Assembly (NCBI GenBank): GCA_965153355.1
Contig: OZ231126.1
Location: forward strand, 37,572,001-37,636,000
From: Flaccisagitta enflata
Lineage: Eukaryota
Reading direction: 5' to 3'
Length of the DNA stretch: 64,000 nt
The position numbers and the translations under genes are program-made. Below are positions 1-42,252 of the stretch, in pieces. How positions within the stretch are numbered: the stretch's first letter is position 1; each line of letters starts with the position of its first letter. The notes below the pieces were generated by a model. It was not told the origin of the DNA, searched no databases, and saw nothing but the letters and a program-made list of their open reading frames with translations.

Positions 1-8091
<8,091 letters not shown>

Positions 8092-9011
8092 AAGTACTGA
8101 CATTGCATTTCAGCATTGGTAATTACCAATAAAGGCGGCTAATCGCCGTAGGAAAAAACTCGTAAATGCTGAGAGAAAAATGAGAGTTGCAGAGAGGTGG
8201 ACAGGGGCATCCAACCCCTATCCACTCCCCAACCTCAACCCCCACACACAAGCATCTAGACCCCTTGTTTTTCCACTCGGACGGACAAACGGACCAACAG
8301 ACCGGTGGATTGACTGACGGACAAAGCCTCTCATAGTCTGGAGTTGAAATGAGAGATAGACTGTGCTGCCAGGATGCACAATTATCACCTGGGACATTTC
8401 AAAGTTCCATTAGTCATTAGACTTCAACTAACTCGATTCCTCGTTTTTGGGAAAAATGCGGAAAAATAAAAAAAATATTAAAAAAATCATAGCTCCAAAA
8501 CTATCAATCACGCAGAATTCTGCTTGGCGTCAACTGAAAGAGGAGAATTAGCTCTTTCTTAGCTATCAATTTCATGCGTAGTACCATTCGGGCCCAAAAA
8601 CTTATCAACTTCCTCAAACCACTCATGAGAAAAAGGGGAAATCGATTTCCGCCGTAGGTCTCAAACAGCCGAAGGTATTCTTCGACTTTTTTCCAAATAA
8701 ATTTCGATTTGAGTGATTTACTGATAGAAAAATAGTTTTTGTGCTGTACTGTGCTATGCCAATGCAGCAATGCTCCTACTGCCGGCGCCCGGCAGGCAAA
8801 CCTATGAGGTATACTGTGGTTTGTTAATTCTAAACCTTTGTCGATTTCTCACCTTCATTAGCTGTTGATGCAGGTTACACCGTTGTAGCTGATCCTTATT
8901 CCATGTGCCTATTTGTTCTGTTTACTTTTTTTATTTTCATTTTCTTTTTGCCAACAAGTCATGTCTGTCTGCTCATCTGTCTAAGTCTGCCTCTCTCTCT
9001 CTCCCCCTGAT

Positions 9012-9081
<70 letters not shown>

Positions 9082-9882
9082 CTGGTCATTTACACGAACA
9101 ACGGCAAATTAAACCAAGTTGACTGGAAAAGAATTGCACCACACTTTATTTCGTGATTTTGTCACAGCAGTGGGATTACAGGAAAACAGACGTTCAAGAC
9201 GTCGACCTCAGTCAGATGATTAATAAAAAACAGGGTGTTTTATATCAAAGTTAGTTTTAAACAATAGTCAACTGATAAAAAGAGCTAGTGTTATTTAATT
9301 ATGATTTTTACAACGTATTTCCCTTTTTATTTGTACAATTCTATGATGAATTCAATGGTGACGACCATTTTTCAAATATTTGGTTTTTTTTTTTTCAAAC
9401 AAACTAAGCCTAAGGAGTTGATGTGGTACGAGAAGCTAGAAGAGCACCTCATTCAGTCACACTGTAGCCAATTTAAGTCAGCTACCAACTACTGACTAGA
9501 TCAAGCAAAAAAAGAATCTTTTCTACATCCATGCTTGTGCCGATTAGGCCCCTTTTGATGCAACATCGCAACTCTAGGAGAGGGTAAGAGGTTCGGACTG
9601 GCTGTCTCTCCATCTATCCGGGATCTCACTGAACAGTGAACAAGGTGACGTCTCGTCCAGACGCCAGGCGACCTTAGTTGCTCTTTTGACGAATTTCATT
9701 TCGCATTTGAGACGTAAGCGCAGTGAAGAAGATTTGACGGTTGTTCAGAAAATGCTCTCCGAACGACACGCGCGGCGCTACGAGTGGCCAGAGTCATGAT
9801 AGAAACGTAGATTGCTGTTGAAGTTTTGTTCCTATTTCTTTGAGTTTGTTTTTCTTTTCTTTTATGATTGTTGTCGGTCGCA

Positions 9883-11411
<1,529 letters not shown>

Positions 11412-12176
11412 TTTCTTGTCGTCGAGTTATTCGTCACTGTTGAAATGTCTAAAATGTATTTTACGATTCACAAGCCTTGATTTAAGGTGTTTTTTTTTTT
11501 GTCTGTTACTCCAATTCACTTGTGAGTACAAAGATATTATCACATGAAAGGAGATTGTCGAATTAAGAGATTACCATCTGCGTCGTTTTTTATCATTGGT
11601 TCATGTAACATGGGACCACGTCATCAGTCCATGTTCTTCAGTCTTTTTAAACATTTCCGAATCATGGCTTACTTCATCGGTTGAAGCACAGGTTGATGAC
11701 CAAAAAGAGTTTGTTGCGATAGGTCACACGGTATGAAGGTCTATTGCAATCATCTATAAAAAGTTGAGAAAAAAAATCATCAACGTAATTTCCCTACTTC
11801 AAAAATAATATCTAAAACATTGAATTTCACGTAAGACAAGATTTATCGGTGTTGTTTTAAGTTAAGGTTTTTTTTCATTCATGATTCAAGAAAATGAAGG
11901 CATGTTGGTAGCTCAATGCAGTGGATCCATTGTCCGAATTCTGTCCACCACCATACACCTCCGTAAGTGACCTTAATGTTCGAATTGGTTAGGTTGAGAT
12001 AAGGTTTTTTTTATTTAGGAGTGAGGAAGGTTTGGAACCAACAGGCTTTGTATAAAATTACTGACTAGGTCAAGAGTCAACAAAAATGTAGAATCACAAT
12101 ACAATTATTTACAATCACGATAAAACTGCGACCCCCGCAAAAATGTGTGGAATATCATAGAAGTTCATTTCTTGAC

Positions 12177-12378
12177 TCAGTTGATCTCTTCTTTTAGTTT
12201 ATCCTTCTTTTCTTTCAGTTGATCGGCGAGCAATTTTAATTGTTCATATTTTCGTTTGAATTCATCCGCTTCTCTCCGTTTTTCTTTATTGGAAGTCTTT
12301 AAAGCCGCGATTTCACGCTGCAATTGCTCGCCTTCCACCTGCAGAGAGAAAACAAATAACGAATCTCTCGATCTTAGG

Positions 12379-12470
<92 letters not shown>

Positions 12471-13314
12471 GATTTCATCATCCTTCTGTTGTTCAAATCA
12501 TCTTGTGGTTGTAACCATCATGTTTAAGTGGTCATTATTTTCACATTGGTTTGGTTTTCGTCGGTATTAACCATGGCAAAAAAAAAAAAAGAGACAACTT
12601 ATATAGCTTATTTCTGCTGAGCTAAAGATATAAAATATAAAAAATTCATGGCCGTTTGAAAGATCTGCAAAAGATCTTTCAAACGCGACATTGCTTGTGG
12701 TTCTAGCTTTATTCGTTGAGAAATGGCACAAGAATGAATGAAAACATTGCCATATTCGATTTTGCGATTCAACTGTATTCAAAAGGTTTTAACAAGAAGT
12801 AATTCACTTTGCCAAGCTCTAACTTCTAAACGGTTTGAGTTACAGATCTGGGATTGGTCTTGAATGAAAGAAAATTCAGAAATCTTTGAAAATATTTAAA
12901 AGAAAAAGTTCAAAAATATTTTTTTTCTCTGTATTTTTATGAACTAACAAAAAAGTACAATTTTTTCAACTTGGCTTTTATAGTCTTGACCATCTACTCT
13001 TTATCCCTATGTCATTTCTAAACGAATAAAGCTACAACAACCAGCATGGTCCCATTTTGAAGATCTTTTGAAGATCTTTAAAACGATCATGGATTTTGCT
13101 ATGTTTCTCTCATTGGATGAATGTGAAACATTGAAAAACAATTTGTCTCTTTTTTTCTTTTGCCATGGTTATTTTGTTGTTGTCGCTATCATCAATACAT
13201 CATGTTGAGGTTGTGGATAAGGTTGTTTTTACTGTTGTTACTGTTTTTTTACGTTTTTTGCGTTCTTTTCTTTGGGCATGTTGTTGTTGTTGTTGTTGTT
13301 GTTGTTGTCGTTTT

Positions 13315-13362
<48 letters not shown>

Positions 13363-13394
13363 TTTTACGTTTTTTGCGTTCTTTTCTTTGGGCA

Positions 13395-13470
<76 letters not shown>

Positions 13471-13527
13471 ATTGTTGTTGTTGTTGTTGTTGTTTGCGTA
13501 CGTCTTTCCATGCCTTTTTGTTCTTTT

Positions 13528-13587
<60 letters not shown>

Positions 13588-14729
13588 GGCAGTCGCTGAT
13601 GTTGTTGTTGCTGCTGCTATTGTTGTTGTCGTTGTTGTTGATTTCATCTTCCTGCTGTTGCTCAAATCATCTTGTTGCGGTTGTTATCATCATGTTAAAG
13701 TGGTCGTTATTTTCACATTGGTTTTGTTCTCGTAGGTATCATTTTGTTGCTGTCACTATCATCATGTAGAGGTTGTTGATGTGGTTGTTTTTATTGTTGT
13801 CGTTGTAGTTGCTGTAATTGTTGTTGTTGTTGTTGTTATTGTTGTTGTTGTTGTTGTTTTTGTTTTTGTTGTTGTTATCATTATCCGTCAATAAATTTCC
13901 TAACCTTACCTTCAACCGCTTTTCCTCCTCGTCTTTGCTCTCCCTGCAGTTTTGCGCGTAGCCTCGATTTTTGAGAGTTCTCCGTTTCTGTTTTAGTTTG
14001 TTTATCTCATCTTTTGAGAGTCCATTTAGTCTTTTGTTCAATTCCACGATGGACAACGTCGTCAATTCCTCCACCGTAACGCCTACCCGCTGGAAAAGGG
14101 CATGAAGGAACTTGAGTTTGTCCATTATATAGAAAGCTAGACAAGCAATACAGCAAGGCCGGATACACGGCCAATGCCATTTGCGGAAGGGTGAGCGGGG
14201 GCGGAAATGCGCGTTTTTACATTTTCCATCTCGATCACCATGGACGGACGGACGGACAAATCCTCTTATAGAGTTGCGTGTCAACTAAAAATTCAGATTG
14301 TGCATGAATGGATAAATGAATGAATGAATGAATGAATGAATGAATGAATGAATGAATGAATGAATGAATGAATGAATGAGTGAATGAATGAATAAAAGAA
14401 TGATGGAATTATGGAATTATGGAATGATTCAACGAATTAGTGAACGAATAAATGAAAGAATTCATGCATGAATGTCTACAAGTCGTGTCATCCTTTCTAG
14501 AGGCCTAGCTGGGCCTGGCTAGGCTTTTTTGAACCTGAAGAGTTTCCAATTCTGGATCTGCAACTTCAATGTCCTTGATCTTCCTCTTCTTCGCTATTTT
14601 CGCGTCTTCTCCTTCCTCTTCTTCTTCCTCAAAATCGTCGTTGATGTGTGAGGGTAGAGTGGACGAGGAACTTGGGGCGTCCGAGGCGTCCACGGGCGAG
14701 AAGATGGTCGACGTTTGATGACGCTTCAT
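12177..14729 (-). CDS. maf: Maf-family bZIP transcription factor (~178 aa); exons 14729-14535, 14089-13910, 12338-12177
   Basis: Extended homology region plus basic region [46 protein letters not shown], then zipper exon [39 protein letters not shown]; both introns are phase 0 GT..AG. An upstream coding exon cannot be excluded (open frame back to an acceptor at ~14748). Confidence 0.9.
12570..13169. mobile_element. TA-flanked MITE (TIR ACCATGGCAAAA...)
   Basis: Inverted ends, TA on both sides; a paralogous empty site at ~13640-13790 lacks the insert; internal sequence resembles ~29255-29302. Confidence 0.75.
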
Positions 14730-15519
14730 GGCGGTGTTCGGGTAGGACTGGAAAGGGGGGGGGGGTAGAAATGAAGTGACGAACTGTGTCGTAGTCAGTG
14801 GAGAAGGTGACGGATGGAACTCCTCTTATCTGTTATGATCGTTAGTCATTTTATCATGATGTTTCTATCTCTGACTACACATCAACCTCTCGCATGGCGT
14901 TTTTGTCTTATTTTTCGATACGTGATAGTTGGTCCGTCAGTCTACATCTACAACCACTGCAATTGCACGCCTCTAAGAGTAAGCACGGACATTAATAGAG
15001 GCAAGTAGACTTATTACCATTGAGTAACGAAGTAAATGCGTTAAGATTTAACTCAATTTTGATGGAGTCTCTCCTGTAACAATTGTAATTTCACAAGGCT
15101 TGAGTATACTTGTATAATGGGGTTATCATCAAGTACCTTTTTAAAAAAAAAACCTTCAATTGAGGAAAATATGCTATCCAATGCTTTTTTCTTCGAGAAT
15201 GTCGTCTCAGTTATCACATAGGATTAAAAGCTTCAAATGAGATGATAATTATTCGATGCTGTTTTAATTCCTTGACTTTGTTTTTGCGGATCATATGACG
15301 GTAATCCCGAGCGACGAATTACGTCGAAAACAACGACGAATCGACGATGACGAAGCAAGAATTTGACGATGAAAAACGAAAGAAAGAAATCCTCGACCAT
15401 GCGAACCTGGCGGAATTTTTGCGAAGTTACCTTGTTACTACCGTAAATACATATCTTTGCGCCTTGAATTTAGCCGTTATCGTATCTTTATGTATTTCCG
15501 TTGAGATGTTAAATTATTA

Positions 15520-15616
15520 GGAAGCGGAAGTGAGGGTCAGCGACAAAAGCCAGTCATCTGTAATTCCTGACGCGACTCATCCGATGATATCAATCTTGCT
15601 CTTTTGTTCCAAAAGA

Positions 15617-15708
<92 letters not shown>

Positions 15709-15855
15709 ATCACATCTCATTCTCTCATTCTCAGAGAGCGTAGAGATTGAGAGAGAGGTCCTTCTTTACATGAACAGGATGACGTACGTGTCCGTAGCCG
15801 TCGTATCGGCGGTCGGGCCGGCGCATGTCTGAAGCGCGTGGCGTGATTGGTCGCC
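15520..15855 (-). promoter_or_regulatory. Candidate promoter region of the maf gene
   Basis: Locally GC-rich region upstream of maf with ETS-like CGGAAGTG (~15525), CRE-like TGACGT (~15780), CCAAT (ATTGG ~15846) and a GA repeat; motif presence only. Confidence 0.25.
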
Positions 15856-16643
15856 TGGCATTACAGAAGAATTGGAGAGAGAGAGAGTAAAAAGATAGGA
15901 TAGACTGGAGAAAAGGCAGATGCGTTTTGTTGGGCAGCGCGCGTTGCGGCGGCAACGAAGCAAGTGACGACTGCATAAATGAACAAAAATTAACGATCGA
16001 ATGATGGAGAGAAGGTGTTCTTTGACGACGATGACGGCGACTGAAGATTGTAATGACGCCCGGGACGACCGAGATGGCGATGAGAAGAATGGCTGCGGCT
16101 GGATTGTATTTTTTATTTGTATGGATCAAAATGCCGCGAGATTTTAATCTGACAGGACTTGCCTGAACTCATTGCGCATTAAACACTGAATTCCTGAATT
16201 GGTCCGATTTTTGAGAATCTACATTTATGTTATAACTTGACAATACACTCTATTTTTTTCTTAAAGAACTTTATGTTCTGGCTGATATAGAGACTTCTTT
16301 CTGAGCCTTTCCGAGCCTTTCTGAGCCTTTAGTTATGCAATGATGTAGGCTGTCAATTGCAATCGGAATATCGACACTCATTCTTTCCAAATTGATAGAT
16401 ATGGGAGCAATTGTAAACACTTACAATTTAACAATACAACTCGCAATCTGAAGATTTATAAATTTGATAATCGTGGGCTCAAAATTGAGCTACTAATTAC
16501 TAAGTTGCCAGTTGTTTAACATTGATAGTAAATCTCAAACAAACGATGATAGGCAAAGCAAGGTATCTAGAGAACGTGCATGTAGCTGTAGCTTGCATTG
16601 TTCGGTATTTAGAATGTTTCAAAAGCAAAGCATCAAAAAGTTA

Positions 16644-17242
16644 CAGTGGGGTTCATGGAATAACACCCTAAACTGGAGGACGGTATTTGGGTGTCTTAAC
16701 TTTATTTGACAAACTTGGTATATGATATATAAGTTGTTCAATTGAGGCTTGTGTCCTTGAGTTTTTGGGTTGCTATGGAAACTGTAATTTTTTTTTTCAA
16801 GCATTTGTAATTGCTAGAATATCAATATTTTGACAGATATGATCAAGGAACATTGCTCAGAACTAAATTTACTACAGTAAATTTCCCACAGTATGTTCTT
16901 TAAGAATATTGCTCGTTTAGTTGTTTCTAGGGAGCATCACACATAGAAACCAATAAATGATGCTCCCTAGCAACAGCTAAATAAGCGATATTCTTACAGA
17001 GCATACTGTGGGAAAGTTGTTGTAAATTTGATTTTGAGCTACATTTCACTACATTCCACTACATTTCACTACATTTCTGAAAACATTGATATTTCAGCAG
17101 TTCGAAAAAATAATTTTGGTTTCCACGGACACCGAAAAACTCAATTGAACAACTTATATTTCAAGTATCAAGTCTGTCCAATGAAATTAAGACACTTAAA
17201 TACCTTCCTCCAGTTGAGTCTGTTATTCAACGGACCCCACTG
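16644..17242. mobile_element. Palindromic Tc1/mariner-type MITE
   Basis: TA|CAGTGGGG...CCCCACTG|TA with long imperfect inverted arms. Confidence 0.8.
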
Positions 17243-17669
17243 TAGGACAAAGCTATCACGATACTCTTGAAATGGTTATTTCATATTGATCATCCTAATA
17301 CGACACCATAGCACTATGGTCTGAGAGCACACCATCTCAGGACAAGAAAAATTACGGCAGCACTTTGGACCTATAAAATGGGCAAAAACTGGTACAGTTG
17401 CTGACTGAAAACAAGAAAATATATGGTTTTATATGCGCCCTAGCTCATCCAAAGCCTCATTTTCCTCCTTGAAGTTAACTACGTCGCTCAAAATTGAATG
17501 TTGCAAAAAATGTTTTTTTTGGTTTCATTTGTTACTTTTCTAGACTTCAAAAATGATACTAACAATATAAGGGAGGACACAAACTTTTTGGAAAAGCTTC
17601 AGGGAGGATTGAACACGACTTGTGTAAAATTTGGTAACCTTGCTCCCAGATTTGAAGGACCTATAAAAA

Positions 17670-18210
17670 AACAGGTCGCCCAAGGGCAATATGTGGTCAG
17701 CGATACCCGTTGCCCTGCTTTGCATGGTTGTTAATCGGAATGAGAGGAAGCAGGACAGCGGCCCCGAAGGGGACGAAGTCCTGTAGAACACAGGGGTATC
17801 TTTGTTTGTCCGTTCGTTCGTCCAGCCGTCCGTCCGTCCGTCAGTCCCCCCAGGCCCTCTCAGGCCTGAAATCTGCCCTCTCAGGCCTGAAATCTGCCCT
17901 CTCAGGCTTGAAATCTGCCCTCTCAGGCCTTGAATCTGTGGGGGAGATTCAAGGCCTGGGAGGACAGGTTTCAGGCCTGATACGGCAGATTTCAGGCCTG
18001 AGAGGGCAGATTCAAGGCCTGAGAGGGCAGATTCAAGGCCTGAGAGGGCAGATTTCAAGCCTGAGAGGGCAGATTTCAGGCCTGAGAGGGCAGATTTCAG
18101 GCCTGAGAGGGCCTGGGGGGGACTAACGAACAAATGGACGAACGAACGGACGAACAAAAGTCCCCCTGTGTTCTACAGGACTTCGTCCTCTTCGGGGCCG
18201 CTGCCCAAAA
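17670..18210 (+). mobile_element. Helentron/HINE-like non-autonomous element with inverted 21-bp minisatellite core
   Basis: Subterminal IR CAGCGGCCCCGAAGGGGACGAAGTCCTGTAGAACACAGGGG, (GTCC)n, array of CTCTCAGGCCTGAAATCTGCC that flips orientation mid-element, A-run ends; related copies elsewhere in the window. The superfamily call is inferred from structure. Confidence 0.7.
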
Positions 18211-18779
18211 ACCACAAATTTCCGATCTAAAATGAAAAAGATTTTGTCAATTTTCGCGCCTTCAAGATAGTGAACCTAATGACTTCCTGAGCAAAAAAAT
18301 GCCCTTAGATGAATCAGGGCTGAGGCAAAACCCTATATAGATGTGATCTAAACATTCTAGGGGACATTTGTATACCATAGCTATCGTCCCTAGGTACTGC
18401 CTTATAGTTTTGTCTTGGTATGATACGCTCATGGATCTATGTGCATAGGTCAGTGAAAATATCCATAATCATTCAGAAATTGTCTTATTTCTAAAAGTCT
18501 ATTCTCCAGAAGCATGGAAAAAAAACCAGCGTCAGGAATGATTGGCTCAATGCCGTAGAGTTTAAGAATTTCATTCTTGTCTTCGATATCGCTTTCCAAA
18601 ACGAGGGTGGATTTGACTCTGTCAACAAACCTAAAAAATGTGTAGGGGTGTTGGAGGGTGAGGGGATGGAGGAGGTTGTCAAAGACTACTAGTGGTATGG
18701 AGTACCAGTAATGACGGCTGTCGCCGTGAGGAAAAGTCGTAAGCATCGGTCACTTTTCACCATGCTTTTGTCTTCAGTC

Positions 18780-19556
18780 ACTGAATTTTTTATTATTTGT
18801 TAGATCAAATCAAAAGCAGTTGAATGTATTGATTGCACTGAAAATCAAGGAAAAATAGAACTGAGCAAAATGAGCTAGATGAGCTGAAATAATCAAAATA
18901 TTTCAACCAGACAACCAGCTTTGCTCACTGATATGCTTTCTTGTATTTGCATGCTTAAATCAAAAAATTAATTTATTCACCCTTTTTTAAATATGAGAAA
19001 AAGAGCAAGTTAAATGAGCTAAATGAGCCAGAATACTTAAAAGATATACTCACAGATAAGCAGCTCTGCTCACTGACATGTTTTTTTTATTTGCTTGGTT
19101 AAACAAGTAGGAAAATATTTATTCATTTATTGTATTTGAAATCAGAAAGAATAAACTGAGCTAAGTGAGCTAAATGAGCTAAAATGTTCAAAAACGCCCT
19201 CATAGATAAGCAGCTGTGCTCAAAAACAAGGTTTTTTGTATTTGCATGCTCAAGTAAACATAAATACACTCCTTTATTGATCCTACAAAAAAATGAAAAA
19301 AAAAAATTGAAAAAAATTTCATTCAAACTTTTCGTAAATAAATCTTGAAAAAATCATAGCGCGAAGAATATTTGACGTAGAGCATTCTGCTTGCCGCCAA
19401 ATGAAAGAAAATAATTAAATTTACCTACTCTATTAATTTTATCGGAGGCCTCAATCAGCCGGATGAGATGCTCAACTTTCTTATAAGAAAATGAAAACCC
19501 TGTTTCTCTCAAATATGTCAAAAAGTCGAAGACTGCCTTCGACTTTTTTCCCGATC
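18780..19556. repeat. Dispersed repeat family; inverted copy ~40692-41300, partial copy ~8450-8700
   Basis: Terminal GAAGACTGCCTTCGACTTTTTTCCCGATC (~19528-19556) is the near reverse complement of ~40692-40720; shared (TGAGCTAAA)n subrepeats. Confidence 0.6.
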
Positions 19557-19770
19557 AAATATGATGATACTTGTGAGCGCATGATGGAGAGTACGGTGCA
19601 GAAAGCAGAACAAAAAAAGTTTGCCTAAACTTTTGATTCCACTCAGAGCAACATCATCAGAGGCGGCATTGCATGATTTTCGCCTCTTGGGGCCCCACGA
19701 CCTTAGATTTAAAGTGAAAAGTCAGCTGCCGTTTGGCTTAAAACTGTACAACAGGTTACAAAGTGAAAAC

Positions 19771-38675
<18,905 letters not shown>

Positions 38676-39807
38676 ATTTTCTCAATTAATTCGACAGATC
38701 GTTCTATCTTTAATGTTAAACGATGTAGCGTTGAGGAGAGAGGATGAAATATTCTCCATTCTCATGTAAGCATATGACATCGAGTTGATTGGACCAAGGA
38801 TGATTTTTGTAAGATGGGACTGTAAGTGGGATCTCCGTCGCCTCGTTCGTTACTTGTGGCTGCGTTAATGAAGTAAAATTTTATATTTTTGTTTTGACAC
38901 GGGATAATCTAGGGCGGAATTTCTTATTCATGCAAAATTAAAGATTTTTCGTGATTGTAGATTTTTTCCTAATACTTTTGGAAAGGGCTATTCTATACCT
39001 GTGTGAAGTGGAGACATGACATGACTACCCTTTGCCATCACTTAAGGGGCAGAAAAAAATCCTAATAGGGCTAAAAAATGAGGTTTTGCCAAGTGCTGTA
39101 TCTGCAAGGAAATGAAATCGAATTTTTTCTGCCATTTTGCATTTGGAGTAGCAATCTTGTTTTACTTGTCATTTCAAAATGAATCGAGATAGAAGAACGC
39201 GGTTGGTGGCATTAGCTCAGAAAGTCGATGTAGTTTCAGAATCTCACCAATTTTATTTCAAGCAGAGATATGTCCCATAATGCTTGCTGACAAACTTATG
39301 TTCTAGATAGTAAGACTCTTTTAAATTAGTATATCTAAAGTTATGAATTTTGGAAAACACAAATTTTGTTATTTCTAAGATAGACTTATCACATTTCTTA
39401 TTACACCAGATTGCCCTATTTTTGCTGCAAATTATGTTCCAGAGGACGTTTATGATCATTCTGGACAGTCACACCAAATCTGGCTTTGTGTTAGCTAGTT
39501 GTACTATTTGCTTGCTAACAAAAATCATTTGTTGCATTTGAATGAATGATCATTACAAACCACAAAAAAATTTATTAAAAAAGGCATGAATAAAAAATTC
39601 TATTCGACTGAGCAACATGTCTTATTCTTTTGCCAATTTTTCCCTTCCTTCAAATTAGTCCCAGTTGCTTTTTGTCTGTCTGTGTACTTGTCTGTTCACT
39701 GTCTCTCTCGTCCCACTTTTTGCTCAAATTGTCTGTCTGTCTTTCTGTCTGTCTGTCTGTCTGTCTTTGTTTTTCTGTCTGTCAGCCTATCTGCATCTCA
39801 CGCTCTT

Positions 39808-39900
<93 letters not shown>

Positions 39901-41879
39901 TCCTCAAGGAAGTGTTTATAGAATGATTCAATCAATTTATGGATCAAAAAAATTCTCTCAATCAAAGTCAACAAATGTTTTTCACTATTCAAAATTGGAG
40001 TGTTAAATAACTCTGAATTATAATTTCTATTTTTTTTGTGTGTCCGTGTAATATGTCTGTGAGGGTCCACAAGGCCAGCTTCCACATTTTTCAGTGTGGA
40101 TATATGGAGGGGTGTTGTTCCACTTGTGATGCCATAAAAATGATCACATTTTTTCATATGCAAGAGCTATCAAATCGACTTTTCGTTCACTCAATATCTT
40201 TCATAACTATCCTTCTAGTGGAGCTAGATTAAGTAATAATAGGTAGTGATTGTAATATTGTCGCGGACGAGTGGGCAGGGGCTTCCTCCACACACACAAA
40301 CTTATACAATCTAAACAGCAACATCTCTATCATGCGCTTTTACACTTTCCTACTAGTTCGTTATGGACCGACGACCCAACTGACGGACAGACAATGCCTC
40401 GACTAAAACGGCTGAGATTCAAAAACTACAGTTACACTGCACCCCGCTATAACGAACCCAAGAGTAATGAAAATCTAACGGATGAGTCGGATACGAAATC
40501 TTGGTCTATTCATACATTTTTAGTCGCGGACACGCGACTCTATAAGCCACTGTTCGGTCGGTCGGTACGTCGGTTGGTCGGTCAGTCGGTCGGTCGGTCA
40601 CAAAGTTGTTTTTCGAGGTTTTCCGCTCCTACCCACCCGTCCGCGACTAATGCTGCCGTGTATACGGCCTTGTTTTCTTGTAACTTGCAATGATCGGGAA
40701 AAAAGTCGAAGGCAGTCTTTGAATTTGACATATTACAAAGAAACATGGTTTTCATTTTTTCATGAGAAAGTAAGGTATCTCATGGGGCTGAATGAGCCCT
40801 TGGACAAAACTGATAGGGTAAGTAAATTTGATAATTCTCTTTCATTTGGCGCCAAGCAAATATTTTTTGTTAAGAATTTCCAAAAAAAAATTTTTACAAA
40901 AAATTCCAATTTAATTTTTTTTCGATTTTTCATGATTATGTGTAAGATCAATAAAGGAGTGTAATGATTTTTGTTTGGACATGGAAATACAAGAAAACAT
41001 GTTTATAAGCATAGCTGCTCATCTGTGAGGGTGTTTTTGAGTATTCTTGCTCATTTAGCTCATTTAGCTCGGTATTTTTTCTGATTCTAAATGGGATAAA
41101 TAAATAAATATGAGCATGTGAGCATGTAAATAAGAGAAAGCATGTCATTGAGCATAGCTGGTTGTCTGGTTGAGTAATCTTAAGTATTTTAGCTCATCTA
41201 GCACATTTGGTTCAGTCCTATTTTTCTCTGATATTCGGTACAATCCACTCCGGTGTGTCAAATACGAGTGATGACTGAGTTTGAGAGCATAACGCTGACT
41301 CAAGATGGGGCTGTTGATTTTTAAACGATCACCGTTTTCCTTTTTCCGAAATTCCAGTGGCAACCATTTTTTCGCGATCGAAATATAATGCAATGTCTGC
41401 ACTCTCGTTCCCCAAGAAACAAATTGATTAACCAAAAAAGACCATATTACTGTTTCATTGAATTTGATATGACTAACCGAGAGACTTTTCCGTAAAGCTT
41501 TAAAGAGGATAGCGGCATTTGAAAGTGATTGGAATGCCTACTATAACAAGGCAAAGGATGAAAAGTCGATAACATGATTACAACGTTATGCAAATAAGGG
41601 GCAAAACAGGTTTTTGAAAAAAAAACGGAAGATGACAGAAATTAGAAAAAAGAAAAACGGTGAAGGCATTAAAATGAGTAACCCCATGATGTCCTAACGT
41701 TATATTCTCAGGGATTAATGTTTTGCATATTGACACACCCAAACAATCCATATATGAAATTGCTTTCAATTTGATCTAACAAATAAAAAAACAAGGTCAA
41801 CAAACCTTAGTCGCGTGGTAATAAAGGTAATAAAGGTAATTAAGGTAATCAAGGTGATTACATAATTAATAATGATTAC

Positions 41880-42252
41880 CTAAAAATACCTATCTATACC
41901 TAAAGTACCCTAAAGTACCTAAAGTACCCTTAAGTACATGATATGCCTTAAGTACCCTTAAGTACCTAAAGTACGCTAAAGTACCCTAAAGTACCCTTAA
42001 GTACCGCAAAGTACCCAATAGTACCTAAAGTCCCTGAAGTACCCTATAGTACCCTGAAGTGCCCTTAAGAACTCTAGAGTACCCTAAAGTACCCTAAAGT
42101 ACCTTTAAAATGAAGATTTAAGCTCCATTTCAAAAATGTTAATTATTACTAAAATAACTTAAGGGGTGACTTAAGTGACCTTAAATGACTGAAATTAATT
42201 CTAATTACCCTAAAGTACCCTAAAGTACCCTAAAGTACCCTAAAGTACCTTT
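41880..42252. repeat. ~10-bp minisatellite (AAAGTACCCT)n within a HINE-like element; similar tract on the opposite strand at ~24200-24305
   Basis: Direct reading; the element ends AGTCGCGTTCACGCGACTAAAA at ~42350. Confidence 0.75.

Noticed and set aside
11900-11995. tRNA-like sequence (TAGCTCAATG...CACCA)
   Set aside because: No cloverleaf or properly spaced B box could be formed.
17540-18157. ORFs with leucine-zipper-like LSGLKSA heptads (also 22331-22747, 27984-28325)
   Set aside because: Artefact of the 21-bp repeat unit in a non-coding mobile element.
18450-18746. 98-aa minus-strand ORF as a transposase fragment
   Set aside because: No recognisable motif; left unassigned.
16144-19710. 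Candidate terminal exons of the aminopeptidase (~19700, ~19480, ~16218)
   Set aside because: Could not be joined with consistent phases and good splice sites; one lies within a dispersed repeat.
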